Source of the DNA: Penicillus capitatus
Lineage: Eukaryota > Plantae > Chlorophyta
Length of the DNA stretch: 64,000 nt
Direction: 5' to 3'
NCBI GenBank assembly: GCA_965649825.1
Contig: OZ287697.1
Span: forward strand, 124,001 to 188,000
This document shows, piece after piece, positions 50,731 to 62,224 of this stretch; position 1 is the first letter of the stretch; every line of letters starts with the position of its first letter. Below the pieces are notes generated by a model. It was not told the DNA's origin and searched no databases. It was given only the letters and a program-made list of their open reading frames with translations. A program made the position numbers and the translations under genes.

Positions 50731-52336
50731 TCAAAAAACACGTCTTTCCATGCGCAATCGAATCCCGTTATGAGACGCCATCACTGTTCCATTGACGATT
50801 TTCGAAAAATGCGATTCAAACGAAGAATCCTTTTCACTCCATTGGAAAGAGTATTTTGAAACAAGAATAGCAACGATCCAACGCATGAGACTCATTGCAT
50901 ATCTCTGGCCGATGCAATCTCGTGGCCCGAGAGAGAATGGAACGTAATACTTCTGAGACATATCTTCGCCAGATAGCCACCTCTCAGGTATGAAATCTTC
51001 AGGTGCACTCCAATCTCCATTATGCCGCATCATTGTGTGACTTGGCAGAAAGAATTGTGTCCCCTTCGGCACGCGATACCCAAGGACATCGATATCCTTA
51101 TCCGTGCATTTCCTCAGAATGAAGATAGCGGTGTGTGCCAAGCGCATGGACTCTTTTATCACTGCCGTCATGTACTCCAAAGAGGCAAGATCGGCGAAGG
51201 CCACTTCTCGAGCCTCCGGTCCACAGAGTCCATGGCACTTCAGCTCATCGACAATTTTATCCGTCACTCGTGGATAGGTGGCCAAAAGAGCAAAGGTCCA
51301 TCCGAGTGTGTGTCCTAGATTGTCCACCCCGCCGTAGACGAGAGTGGCGATCTCGCCTTTCATCAACTCCACAGATATTAGATCGTCCGTCTCGGGATCG
51401 CGGACATTCTTAAGTGCTCTCCATATTCTCGCCTCGCCGTTTTCCGTATCCGATCGCTTTCGAATCTCGACAGCGATTTTGCGCCAGAGACACATGAGGT
51501 CGTCGAAATCCGATTGGATCTTGCGACAACGAGGCATCCATGGTAGAAATTTCATCTGCATCTTGAGGAGCGGACTCAGTGAGATGTCTCGGAAGTGTCT
51601 GCCACCGGTAACGATGCATTCGTAATACGGTTTTGTGCGATCCAGAGCGCCAAAGTCGAAATCAAAGGCGAAGGCGCCGAGGTTATCGAGGACTGTCCGC
51701 TTGAAAAGAGATTCGACATCGATCGGCCCTCTCTCGCGCTCCCGCTCCACAACCTTCACCATGTTCATGAGTACTTTCCGCACAGATGGCGCCGCCGCTT
51801 CGAGCGCCACGGAGTTCATGCAAGGACTTAGTGCACGACGCATAGCTTTGACATATGGCGTCACTTTGGGGACTGCCACAAAGGCGAGTTTGCCTGGGAC
51901 ATCTGTCAAGATCTAGAAACACGTCCTCGTGCCTTTCCCACACAAGTGCGATCATACGAGCTTGGAATCTTCGGAAAAGCCCGGCGCCTTTGGCATCTCA
52001 TCGCGTTTCGAAAGTATCACATCTCGCGAGAAAGCCGTGTCCAGCACAACGAGGTAGGTCTTGCTGCCAAGCAGAAGCTGCGCCACAAGGTTTATCACTT
52101 CCGTCTGTCAAAGAAGAGACACATACGCGGATGACTTTGGGATTGCCGAGGTCTTGACGCCACTTATTAATAGTTGCATACATCGGCGTGTTGGATTCTT
52201 TGATGAAATGCAGCGCGTGACCCAGGAATGGCAGACGAGGCGGTGTAGGGATCTTGTGCAGATCGTAATTCCATCGCACCCACAGCCACGTCGTCACTTT
52301 CCAGGCAACGAACGCCGCAAGCACGTAGAGCCACAT
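50731..52336 (-). CDS. Cytochrome P450 (divergent copy C), intact
   Basis: MWLYVLAAFVAWK...RWNYDLHKIPTPP, same intron positions as the other copies, I-helix YGGVDNLG, ESMR, IPERW, FSLGPRDCIG. Confidence 0.94.
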
Positions 52337-52417
52337 GCTTAGCGAGAAAGATATCTGCGTAGAGATGGACAACGTTATTAAGTGGATGGAAGTGTCGCTG
52401 TCTTGTCATCCGGAGAA

Positions 52418-53178
52418 ATGCGCGTTCCCATCGCCTCGCCGAGTTCCAGGCAAGCCATGGATTTCTTTCGTCTCGTTCGTCAGCTGAAAGTGCGCAAGCG
52501 AGCGGGATGGGCTCGACACGATGTTCACCATCCTGAGAGCATTGCCGGTGCGCGCACCGATCTTTCACGACTGCGCCTATCGCGGATCTGGTAGATCATA
52601 TGTATCGCATGGCCATGATGGCATTCGTCGTCCGCCAACCCAATCTCGACACCGACAAGTGTATCAAGATGGCACTCGTGCACGATATTGCCGAGAGCAT
52701 TGTGGGAGACATCACACCTCACTGTGGCATCAGCAAAGAGGAGAAGCATAGGCTCGAGTCCGAAGCCATGGAACAGATTCGTTCCAAGTTGAGTCACCAT
52801 GAAGCTGGTAGGAAGCTATGGCAGGGGTGGACCATTGAATGATATCCATTTGATGTGACAGCTGCTCAGGAGATGATGGAACTGTGGCAGGAGTACTGTG
52901 CAGCCCAGACACCGGAGGCCAAATACGTCAAAGATCTCGACAAACTGGAACTGATTCTTCAAGCAGATGAATACGAAGCGACGCAGAATGTCGATCTTCA
53001 GCAGTTCTTCGACAACACTCAGAATATTTTTAAGACGGAAACAGGGTACCCTTCCGTCTTGCTATTCCATCTAGTGGCCGCACGGAGAGATGTGTCCTGC
53101 AGGAAAGCGTTTGCAAAGAATGTTCGTTCGCAACGAGAAAACCGAATGACGAAAAACGATCGTACCAACCATCAATAG
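52418..53178 (+). CDS. HDDC2: HD-domain protein, HDDC2/YGK1-like 5'-deoxynucleotidase, 4 exons
   Basis: LKVRKRAGW, PESIA|DHMYRMA, MALVHDIAESIVGDITP, VKDLDKLELILQADEYE. Confidence 0.9.
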
Positions 53179-53261
53179 CTCATTCAGATGCAGCATAAAG
53201 AGACAAAAGGCGGCGCCAGATGTCCTTCATTTGATTCGAACTTGTGATGTGACATCTCTTC

Positions 53262-54439
53262 CTAAAAATGCGCATAGGCGCCAGCACTAAAAGCGATTGG
53301 CTTCGCGGCCTCGTGTTCGATCATCGTGGGCGGATTGACGGCCATCTGTCACACAGATGACGATGACTGAGCACATCATGATGGAAGGTGTGTGAGTGAG
53401 GTACTGTCATGTCATCGAATAGCAGAGCGCACAGCGGCCGACCCTTCAACACAGCAGTCATCAATTCATCGTTCTCTCGATCCTCCTCCTTTTCAAACTT
53501 CAATTTGAGCGGCACCACTGGACGAATGTTCGTTGTCAAACGGCAGGTATACTTCAAAAGCTTTGGCAGATCCGGCGTACAGCCACTAGACGTCACATCA
53601 CATCCCGTCACATCTTTCCCACCAACACGACGCCATGCCTGAAACTGGGGAGTGAGATTTTGATGCGTGGTCCCTTAGGGGCATCTTTGAATCGATTGTG
53701 ATCCATGAGAAAGGTACAGACTGATGACTTGAGTCCTCGTCCCTTACTGAACCATCCCCTTCTCTCCACATTCTTAACATTGAGCGAGGCCATCGGCGTG
53801 TCCTCAGACGCAGGTCTCCACCACGATCGCGTCGACGGATTCTGTGAAGAGGTCGTTGCGAACTGAGCCAAACGCGATGGCAATCCAATCTGGTTCAGTC
53901 CATGATCTCGTGCCTCTCTGTAGATACAGGGTGAAAAGAGTGAGAGATGTATGAAAGGTGTGACTTGTTGTTGACATAGACTCGAGCGGCCCAGGCACAG
54001 GAGGTGGGTGGATTCCAAACCAGACCACTCATGACCACAAGCTGACAACCAGAGATAAGAAGGACAGGGAAGTGAACGGTTAAGTGTTGTTGCCTCATCA
54101 AATGCACCGACAGGACTGTCTTTGTAACGTGCCAGGTAGAATCCTCCCAACGTGTAACTGTCATACAAATGCTCCGATAGAAACACCAAGGAAGGATCTC
54201 GCTGACCCAAAGAGCTCCACGAGTTTAAGATCTGATGGGACGTATTGCCGGGCCTAGAGAACCACAAAGACGCGAATTCGATCTTTGGGCAGGCGGTCGA
54301 AAGACAGCACCACTCGCGATTCGACGAACTGCAGTTGATACAGTGCCCTGAGCGCACAAAGGTGTGGGACTCAAGGGAAGAGGAGACGACGAGAGATGTG
54401 CCTTCCCGTGAAGATCCATGGAATCTCGTTGTATCCCAT
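53262..54439 (-). CDS. NXD1: Neoxanthin-deficient 1-like protein, multi-exon
   Basis: PWIFTGR|ALYQL, YTLGGFYLARYKDSPVGAFDE|LVVMSGLVWNPPTSCAWAARVYVN, EARDHG...GLPSRLAQF match the plant NXD1 signature as I recall it. Confidence 0.88.
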
Positions 54440-54508
54440 GGCCAAACGCCCGTGGAGCTTTTCTTAAATGGAATCGTTGATGTGACAGCACACACGTGTA
54501 TCAACCGA

Positions 54509-56384
54509 TCAAACCAGACATCCCGCTTCGTCGCCTGACGATGGCTCAGACTTTGTCGGCACGGTACCACGTGGCACAAATTCCCCATAGCGTTGCATCT
54601 TTTTGCGAAAAGACCGATTGCGAGAGAAGGCGCCTTCGATGGGTATTCCTTCTTCCATGCAATCGCGAATGGCATCGGCCAAGTCTTTGTCTGCTGCTGT
54701 ACACAGACAGGTCACTTTTCCAGGACGACCCAGTCGACCAGTGCGGCCCACCCGATGCACAAAGGCGATCGCACTGGGGGCGAAGTCCGCTTGGATCACG
54801 TGTTCAATCTCTTGAATGTCCATGCCACGCGACATCCCATCGGTACATACCATCACCACACCTTCCTCCTTGCGGAATCGTTGCAGATTGGCCGTGCGGT
54901 AGACGCCGCCGAGTTTCTTGTGATAAGGAATGCAGGTCAGATTGTGCTGTATGAGGAAATTGCAGATGTCTTTGACGCGGGGCACATCGTTGGCAAAGAC
55001 GAGAATTTTGCCGCGGACGTCGGATTCGAACGCGGCATCTTGTTCGATGGCATCGAGCAACGCGTCTTGCCGCTGATCTGGCTCAATCTCGATCCAATTG
55101 CAGTCCAGTCGCGTCGACGTCTTGTGCAAATTGGCCGTCGAGATGACCTGCGCCGCTGGGAAGATTTTGCTAATTTCGCTTCGAACGTTTTTCGTTCCGA
55201 GAGACGAAATCGTCGATCCAGCTAAAATGATCTGCCTTCTCCAAAACGGCCGTCCAGTGGAAGGCGTCAGCTGCTTCGTAGGAGAGTGGTACCCCGCTTC
55301 GATCATGGCACTCAAGCCGCCACGCAGTCCTGCCTTTCGGATATGTTGTGGCAGCAATGCAAAGTCTTCTCGTGTTATCCCCAACTCCTCCGCGAGATTA
55401 GGCTCAGCAACGGCTAGTTCGCATTTATGAAGCATCTGAGAGAGCGTTTAGATTTTGGCATCGATCATCAGGAGAGAAGTTAACCTGAAGGAGACGATCG
55501 AGTTGCAATCGATAGGAACCTGTCAGCATCAAGTCTGCCTCGTCCACGACAATATACCCCACTCTGTCGAGAATCGGCGATCTCCACGCTTTGTGCATGT
55601 CCTTGATCGCGACCAAGATGCTCCCAGGAGTGCCGAGAAGGACATCTGGCCGCTGCGTATACCGTGACAGACCGCCAGGAGAGATTTCCGTTTTGATCGG
55701 TGCCGCATCGGAAGAGAGCAAATGGATCATAGACTGAACTTGAAGGCAGAGATCGGCACAGGGACACAGGATCCAAGCATATCGACGCTGATTCCTAGAA
55801 TCCGTGCCTCTCCTGAGAGTACACCCCCTGCATGCGTTCCTCACTTGAGCAGATGACTCCTGTGATGGAACGGCTCTTCATCTTCCAATGCATCTGCCTT
55901 CGGCGATGTGACAGGTGTTGATGGGTTCTCCTTCAGCTGCTGCTTATCATGCAAGATATGGGTGAGGAGGGGGAGGAGATATGCCAATGTCTTGCCGCTT
56001 CCCGTTTCGGCTGCCAATACGACATCCTCTCCCGTCATCAACGATGGTATACCCGATGCCTAACGAAGGGACACCAAAAGCACAGTGACAAGTAGACCAT
56101 AGGGAAATCACTTGGATCTGGGTGGGCCGTTGGATGTCATTTCGAAAGAGACTATCAAGGAGATGTCGATTCAGACCGAATCCCTCAAACGATGGTGCAT
56201 TCTTGGCGAAGACCCCATCGGCGATGTCCGCTTTGGATTTACGCCTCTCGACGTTAGGTCGCGTGGCGTTGCGCCGCCAGGTGAAGCGCGCCGCGTTGCC
56301 CCATAAACGCCGGAGAGCAGTCGGATGACGATAAAGAGAAGACGTCCGCATCATCCGCGTCGCATGGAAGGCGTTTTCGTTCAT
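54509..56384 (-). CDS. DEAD-box RNA helicase, plastid RH22-like
   Basis: Q motif (FEGFGL...PTQIQ), AETGSGKT, TPG, DEAD, SRGMD, HRVGRTGR and C-terminal AFSRNRSFRKK. Start at 56384 or 56354. Confidence 0.92.
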
Positions 56385-56385
56385 T

Positions 56386-57091
56386 ATGGTCGACAAAACA
56401 ACAGACGAAGCGTTCTTGGCTCGCCTCATCGTACGCGACGTGCAGAGACTTGAAGAATTGGCCAAAGGTCTTCTCCGAATCTCGCTCGTTCACAAAACCT
56501 CGCCACTGTCGTTTCTGCAGTCGATGGCGCGCGGGCGTACCTGCGTAAGAATGTGTCGTGCAGTACGAAGTGCACGCCCAACCAAACATTCCTCAAAAAT
56601 ACGTTACGCAACGTCGCCTATCGTAAGCCCCCCATCAAGCCGCGCGAGAGATCGAAAGGAAGGACGCATGGGATAGGAAATCAGAAGACAGAGGAAGACA
56701 TGCTGTGGAAAGCACGGGCGAAACAGCTGAAGAATGAACACTCAGGCAAACGGAAACGCAGACGGGAGAAGAAGAGCCGACAAGGCAAGACCCATCGCGG
56801 ACAAGACCAAGACGTCCCCGCAGAAATCGATGTCGACATCGGTGAGCCATGGGATGACGCACAACTCCATGCCTTTCTCTCTTCTCGACGAAAACGGTAC
56901 GTCGCGTCACTCTTCGACGATCGCCTTCCGATTGGATCAGGCGTTTCTGCGGCAGGGGACGTGGAGGTGTGGGGACACGGCATGATCGTGTGGGACCGTC
57001 CCCACTGGAAGAACCGCAGATCGAGATCGGTCCGGCGAAACCGAGCTGGATGAAAGGGAGATCACGAAGACGGCGTTGTGATGAGGCATGA
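56386..57091 (+). CDS. Small conserved basic protein of unknown function, 4 exons
   Basis: Spliced model MVDKTTDEAFLARLI...DGARAYL...PNQTFLKNTLRNV...EEDMLWKAR...AFLSSRRKRGRGGVG, resembling the uncharacterised eukaryotic PNxxFL...MW...RGRGxVG family (from recollection, not a search). Confidence 0.7.
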
Positions 57092-58021
57092 AGGCGAAGG
57101 GAGGCCATTGGCGTCTCTTCAGTCGCTTCGTTTGCCGCGCACGATCGTTCATATCAGCACAGGACTCGTTGTCTTGCCCATTCGTGTCAAGTGTCGACGT
57201 TACCCGTTTCGACAGCGACTACGTCCCGGCCGAGTTTTCTGACGCCGCTGCTGCGTTCATCGATTCTTCGTCTGTCGCTTTCTCCAAAATAAGAAATTCT
57301 GACGCATATCTTCTCCTGCTGTATTATAAATTCGGCGCTTTCTATCGAGTCGCGTTCAGACGAACACGTGGACCAACCAAAGGTACTGCCTTGTCATAAC
57401 GCTCTCTTCTCCCGCGCCGTCTCGTTGCGACCTTCACGGAAAAGCACCTTCTCTGCGTGGCGTGCCTCAAATTGCCGAGGCATGTGCGTTCGTTCGGCGA
57501 ACGGGGCCCTCGCGGAAATGCGTTGGGGCCTTCTGTTCTGGACAGAGCTTCGGCCTAACCGCCGAACGAGCGGCCATTGGTGGCTTCCCTATGAACACTG
57601 ACCGTACAAAAGCGTACCTCCACCACGCTCCTTCGTACTTACTTATTTCTGTTGGCGGCTTTTTGCCAAGCAGTGTTTGCTTTATCGACCGAGACGCTTC
57701 TTTACTCTCATCTGTATCGACGCATTTCGTGACGACGACTCCACTGTATCCAATCTGTACAAGGTCGGTGTGCCCGCTTACATGACCGCCTCGGTGGACA
57801 ACGCCACTTTCCCCTTCCGCATCGGTCGACGGCCCATGCGACGCGCGGACCCGTTTGGCAGAAAGTGTCACCTGATATACTCCGTGGCTGTGTAGAAATA
57901 TGGAGTTCGTAAACCGTTCTCTCGCTATTGTCGACGAATTGGAGCGTGAGCTTGTGCGAAACGTCACGCACATGTCCCCACGTCTGCAAAAGTAAAGACC
58001 GTATGTTTGCTGTCCACATGA

Positions 58022-58497
58022 TTGACCTGTGCCGTCAATGCTCCTGACAGATGTGTCTCGGAAATATTACCTCTGTTCGATCGCCTGAAAAAATTCCAGT
58101 CTCCATGGGGATCCAATACGCTCACCGCTCTGAAGAAACTTCATGAAGCACTTGAATCGATCCATTCCTTGTTACCCGTCATTCAAGAGGGTGACGTAAG
58201 ACACCCACCTATCGATGACCACTCGGTCCATCGACTGGGTCATGATGATGCTGACTGAGGTGCCGTGTGGTGTAGAATACGGAAGAGCTTGTAAAATTGA
58301 TGATTGCTATACGTCACCTGTGGAGACGTCAAATCGAATTGTACTTGGCAATTCAATTGCAAGAAGTTTTGGAGAAGACGCACTGCTGTGCGACAGCGTC
58401 ATCGTCTATGTGTCCTCCATCACGGAAAGTAATCCATCCTGCTGCTGCGTGCAGTAGTGTGAACACACCGACCATCCAATCCCCTTCACATAACTAA
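58022..58497 (+). CDS. Possible exons of a hypothetical protein
   Basis: Protein-like segments (SEILPLFDRLKKF...LKKLHEALESIH; QIELYLAIQLQEVLEK) with plausible splice sites. No full model. Confidence 0.3.
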
Positions 58498-58696
58498 GGG
58501 GTCGGGATACGGGTTTTTTGTTTTTGTTGTGTTTGTTGTGATTCGAACTTTGCGAAATCTTAAGATAGGATGAAAAGAATTAACGTGTTTGCGGATAAGG
58601 AATTAGCAAGCTTGTCGGAATTAGTAGTTGGATTATACCTGGGTCTCTTCTATCATCTCCCAGTATTTATCGCTCCAAATTGGCGCTGGAAGAGTT

Positions 58697-58726
58697 AACA
58701 ACAACAACAACGATAACAACAACAAT
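58697..58726. repeat. (AAC)n microsatellite, imperfect
   Basis: AACAACAACAACAACGATAACAACAACAAT. Confidence 0.9.
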
Positions 58727-60312
58727 TTGCATTTTCTACTAGACCATGTGTATGTGTTTGTGTTAACGGCCCTTCGTTCTGGTACTTTGTCTACACATGG
58801 CATGAAGCTATTAACGTGTGATGATGGTTGCCCGGAAATATGCACTCCAAAGAATACGTTGCCACTGAGACACGACTTTCTTACGGCACGTTCATGGAGT
58901 TAAAGTTTCTGGAATTGTCTGAAAGAAGGTGTATGTTCGACGCATGTCTATATCTCTTGGTGAATGTTTGATTGACATAGAACGGCGGCTACTCTTTTGT
59001 TCGTTTCCTCATTTCCTCCTCTGAGCTCTGCGAATTTGCTGATTGATGATCTTGGCTGTCAAATGAGCAATGCTCTCTTTGAGAAACGATATCTGCAATT
59101 TCCTTCTAGTTCCGTTTTGAAACCCACCACCACCGTCCAGAGTGGAAAAGGATGGAGTCTAATAGTACTATCTATCCTTTTGAACTCAGGAAGCAACACA
59201 ACGGGCTGGTCCAACTGTGCAAAAGCATTGTCCCGTCGATTGACCTGTTTTTGATTTCGTTGTCGTCTTCGTAACCGAACAAACAAACAATGACAAGGGG
59301 TTCATTTTTTTCGTTTCTGCCATCCTGTGTGGCACCGTAACGTATTTTTTGACGACTCCCTGAAAAACTCCCCAGACCTGTTCCCTCCCTTCCTTGACAG
59401 ATGATCCAGACTGGATACTCAATCGACAAGTGTCCAATAAATATCCCTTCCTGGCCTTCAAGCGATCAGTCGTTTGAATAAGGGGTTGGTTTTTTATCCC
59501 CCAAATAACGAGACGTACACGGACTTGGATGATGCAGTTGCGTAGATTAAAAAATCTGGAGCCAACTAATAGTTGATAAGTCCTCTTCCATTAACAGAAC
59601 TAAAGGGTACAGGACTAAGAAGTGCTCACGGATCGTGGACGGCTGTCGGATCCCGCACTCTGCAACTGGGTGCGACAGTCGCATCAGGCAGCGGCACTGA
59701 AAGCTGATGATCGGCTGCGATGAGACGTTCACGTTCACGAACAGCGAACCGCCTTTTCAGTCCCTGTGCTCTTGGTGAATTACCCGCTGTGGAGTGTAAT
59801 AAGTAGAATAGACAGTAGAGAACGATATTGGTCTGTTCATGAAACTACACACTCTTCGATCATGATCGATGTGATAGACACCGCGATCTGCGTCTCTCGT
59901 TGCCTTGACGAAATGACGATGCCATCGCATGATGGGACGGCTGTAGGAAGTCAAGCAGAAGATGCCTCTTCTGGTCAGCTTCCTGACAGAATCCTGTACG
60001 AACAGACAACAGAGAGATAAGGGCAGGTGACAAATCGGCATCTCGGCGGCACGACGCTGGAAATGCGAGATTCTGTTTGTGCACATGGAGACGGATCGAG
60101 CTGTTCCTCTCCCTGTTGTCCACGTTGGGATCAGGAAGAGTCCGGCCGATCTGTGCCATCCCGACTACGCCATTGAGTGAATCTCAGCCAGACATCTTCA
60201 CCATTTGCGGCTCCTAGGTGGTCGTCCGTCTGTCTCTCATGTGTCAGCATCGATGATGTGATGCGCTTCTGTGAAATGGCGACATCTAACGGACTCCGTC
60301 ATCAAAGTACAG

Positions 60313-60336
60313 GCACGCACGCACGCACGCACGCAC
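60313..60336. repeat. (GCAC)6 microsatellite
   Basis: Six perfect GCAC units. Confidence 0.9.
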
Positions 60337-60589
60337 AGATGGACGACTCAAAATGAGAATCGCGTTCAATTTTTTCTTGTTTTCGTGACATGCAAGTATT
60401 GTTAAACGCAGTATTTGAACATTGAATGTTTTTAATCAGTCGACAATGCTGTTGTTTGCAAATTGCGTAAGAAAAAATGTTTGCGGCACTTCAGCACAAG
60501 AATCGTTGAATAAAGTATTTGAAGCAAAAACGCCCGGCGTTTGCTAAAGGTGAACCGAAAGAAAATCAAAAAGAATTCCACGATTTGCA

Positions 60590-62224
60590 TCACGCATCCG
60601 CATGAATAAACAAATGAGATTCCCTGGGTGTCACATTCACCCGTATGCCGTGTTTCGCCTCGATCACAAGGCCAGTGACGGCACTGTCGGCAAGTTCCCG
60701 GTAACTGCCGATCAGTTGAAGCTCGTATCTCTTCACGAGGGCGATGATGGTGAGGCGCATCTGGAACATCGCCAGTTTTTGTCCGGGGCAATCCCTCGGA
60801 CCCGTCGAGAACATCATGTTCTCTTTGTAACAGGAAGGACGATCGGTCAACCACTTCTCCGGAGCGAAGGTCGACGGATCTTCCCAATCGGCGTCACTGT
60901 TAAAAGCTCGATTCCCGATGCGCATGATGCGTGTCCCTCTGGGAACTCTGTACCCGAGAATCGTCATGTCACGTGGGACGGTTCGAGCAAAGCTCGCAGA
61001 GCTGACGTGGGCCACTCTCATGCCTTCCATGATGACTGCTGTGAGGTAACGCAGCTCAAACAGATCCTCGAACTGCAGGTCTCTTGCTTCGGGTCCAAAC
61101 AGTCCGTGTTCGGCCAGTTCTTTCAGGATCTTGTCGACCACGTCGGGGCGATCGGCCAGGAGGGCCAAGATCCAGGCCAGCTGGTTTCCTGTCGTGTCCA
61201 TTCCCCCGACAACGACGGTAGCCACCTCCTTAAACATCGCCGAAGCAGAGATCGGCATTTTCGTCACGGGATCCACCAAGTTTCTGAGTTTGTACCAAAA
61301 GGGCTCTTCGCCTGCCTCTGGGTCTTCTCGGTCGATGATTGTGTTCGTCAAGGACTTCCATTCGTTCACCAGTTTGAAATACACGTCAAAATTTTTTTGT
61401 GCCTGTTGGCACTTCGGGAAGAGGTAGCAGTAAAGGGCCTGGAGAGGATTGGCCATGACTCTGCGAATCACTTCACCCATCTCGATGGCAATGTCATGAA
61501 ATTTACGACTGCGATCCAAACCGCCCAGATTGGTATCAAAGGCCACAGTGCCAATGACATCGATCGTCAGACGGTTGCACAGATTCTGAAAATCTATCGG
61601 GCCATCGAGTCTTTCGGATTCGATAATGTCTGTCATTGTCTGAATGACATCTGATAGCTTTGACATGGCTGTTTTTAGATGACTCGACTGAAACGACGTC
61701 GCGTAGATGCGACGGACGGCCTTGACGTGGGGTGATAACCCTGCGCTAAACAGGAGGCACTTTTCTTTGAGTTCGTCTCTCAAAAACTAGAACACTCGTA
61801 TGATCGCGAGAGCAAAAGTTACCGAATCTGACTTACCGGTAGAATGACTCCTCCATCGATGACAAGCTTCGGAAACGGCTCTGTCGGCGACATCATGACC
61901 GTCTTGATAAAATCGTCGTCTGTCACGACGAGCATCGTCTTACCCATGACATCAAACTAAACAAGCCGTCCGGGTTTCTTCTGCCACTGCGTTCGAGAGT
62001 GATGTATGTACCTTCATGAGCTTCGGGTAGTTCAATTCTTCGAGGGCGTGACCGACCCAACGCGTGATGTTGTCGCCGGCGCGACCCGTCATGAAGTCCA
62101 AAGCATTTCCAAGCAACGGAAGTCCGCGCGGCGAGGGTATTTTGTGTAGGTCATATTTCCATCTTTTCGGCAGCTGACGCAGCAACAGCGCGAGGAGAAG
62201 GAGACAGAGAATCTCGGTAAGCAT
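60590..62224 (-). CDS. Cytochrome P450 (copy D), intact
   Basis: MLTEILCLLLLALLL...RWKYDLHKIPSP, same introns as the other copies, GGMDTT, EGMR, APEKW, FSTGPRDCPG. Confidence 0.95.

Noticed and set aside
53608-55225. 355-aa (minus) and 210-aa (plus) ORFs
   Set aside because: They read through introns or antisense of NXD1 and the helicase. The spliced models explain the conserved motifs.
57100-58020. Overlapping protein-like ORFs on both strands, including a WRC-like RGKWRC string
   Set aside because: Strand and frame are unresolved and the Cys/His spacing does not fit WRC.
60602-61654. 350-aa plus-strand ORF
   Set aside because: Antisense shadow of P450-D with no motifs.
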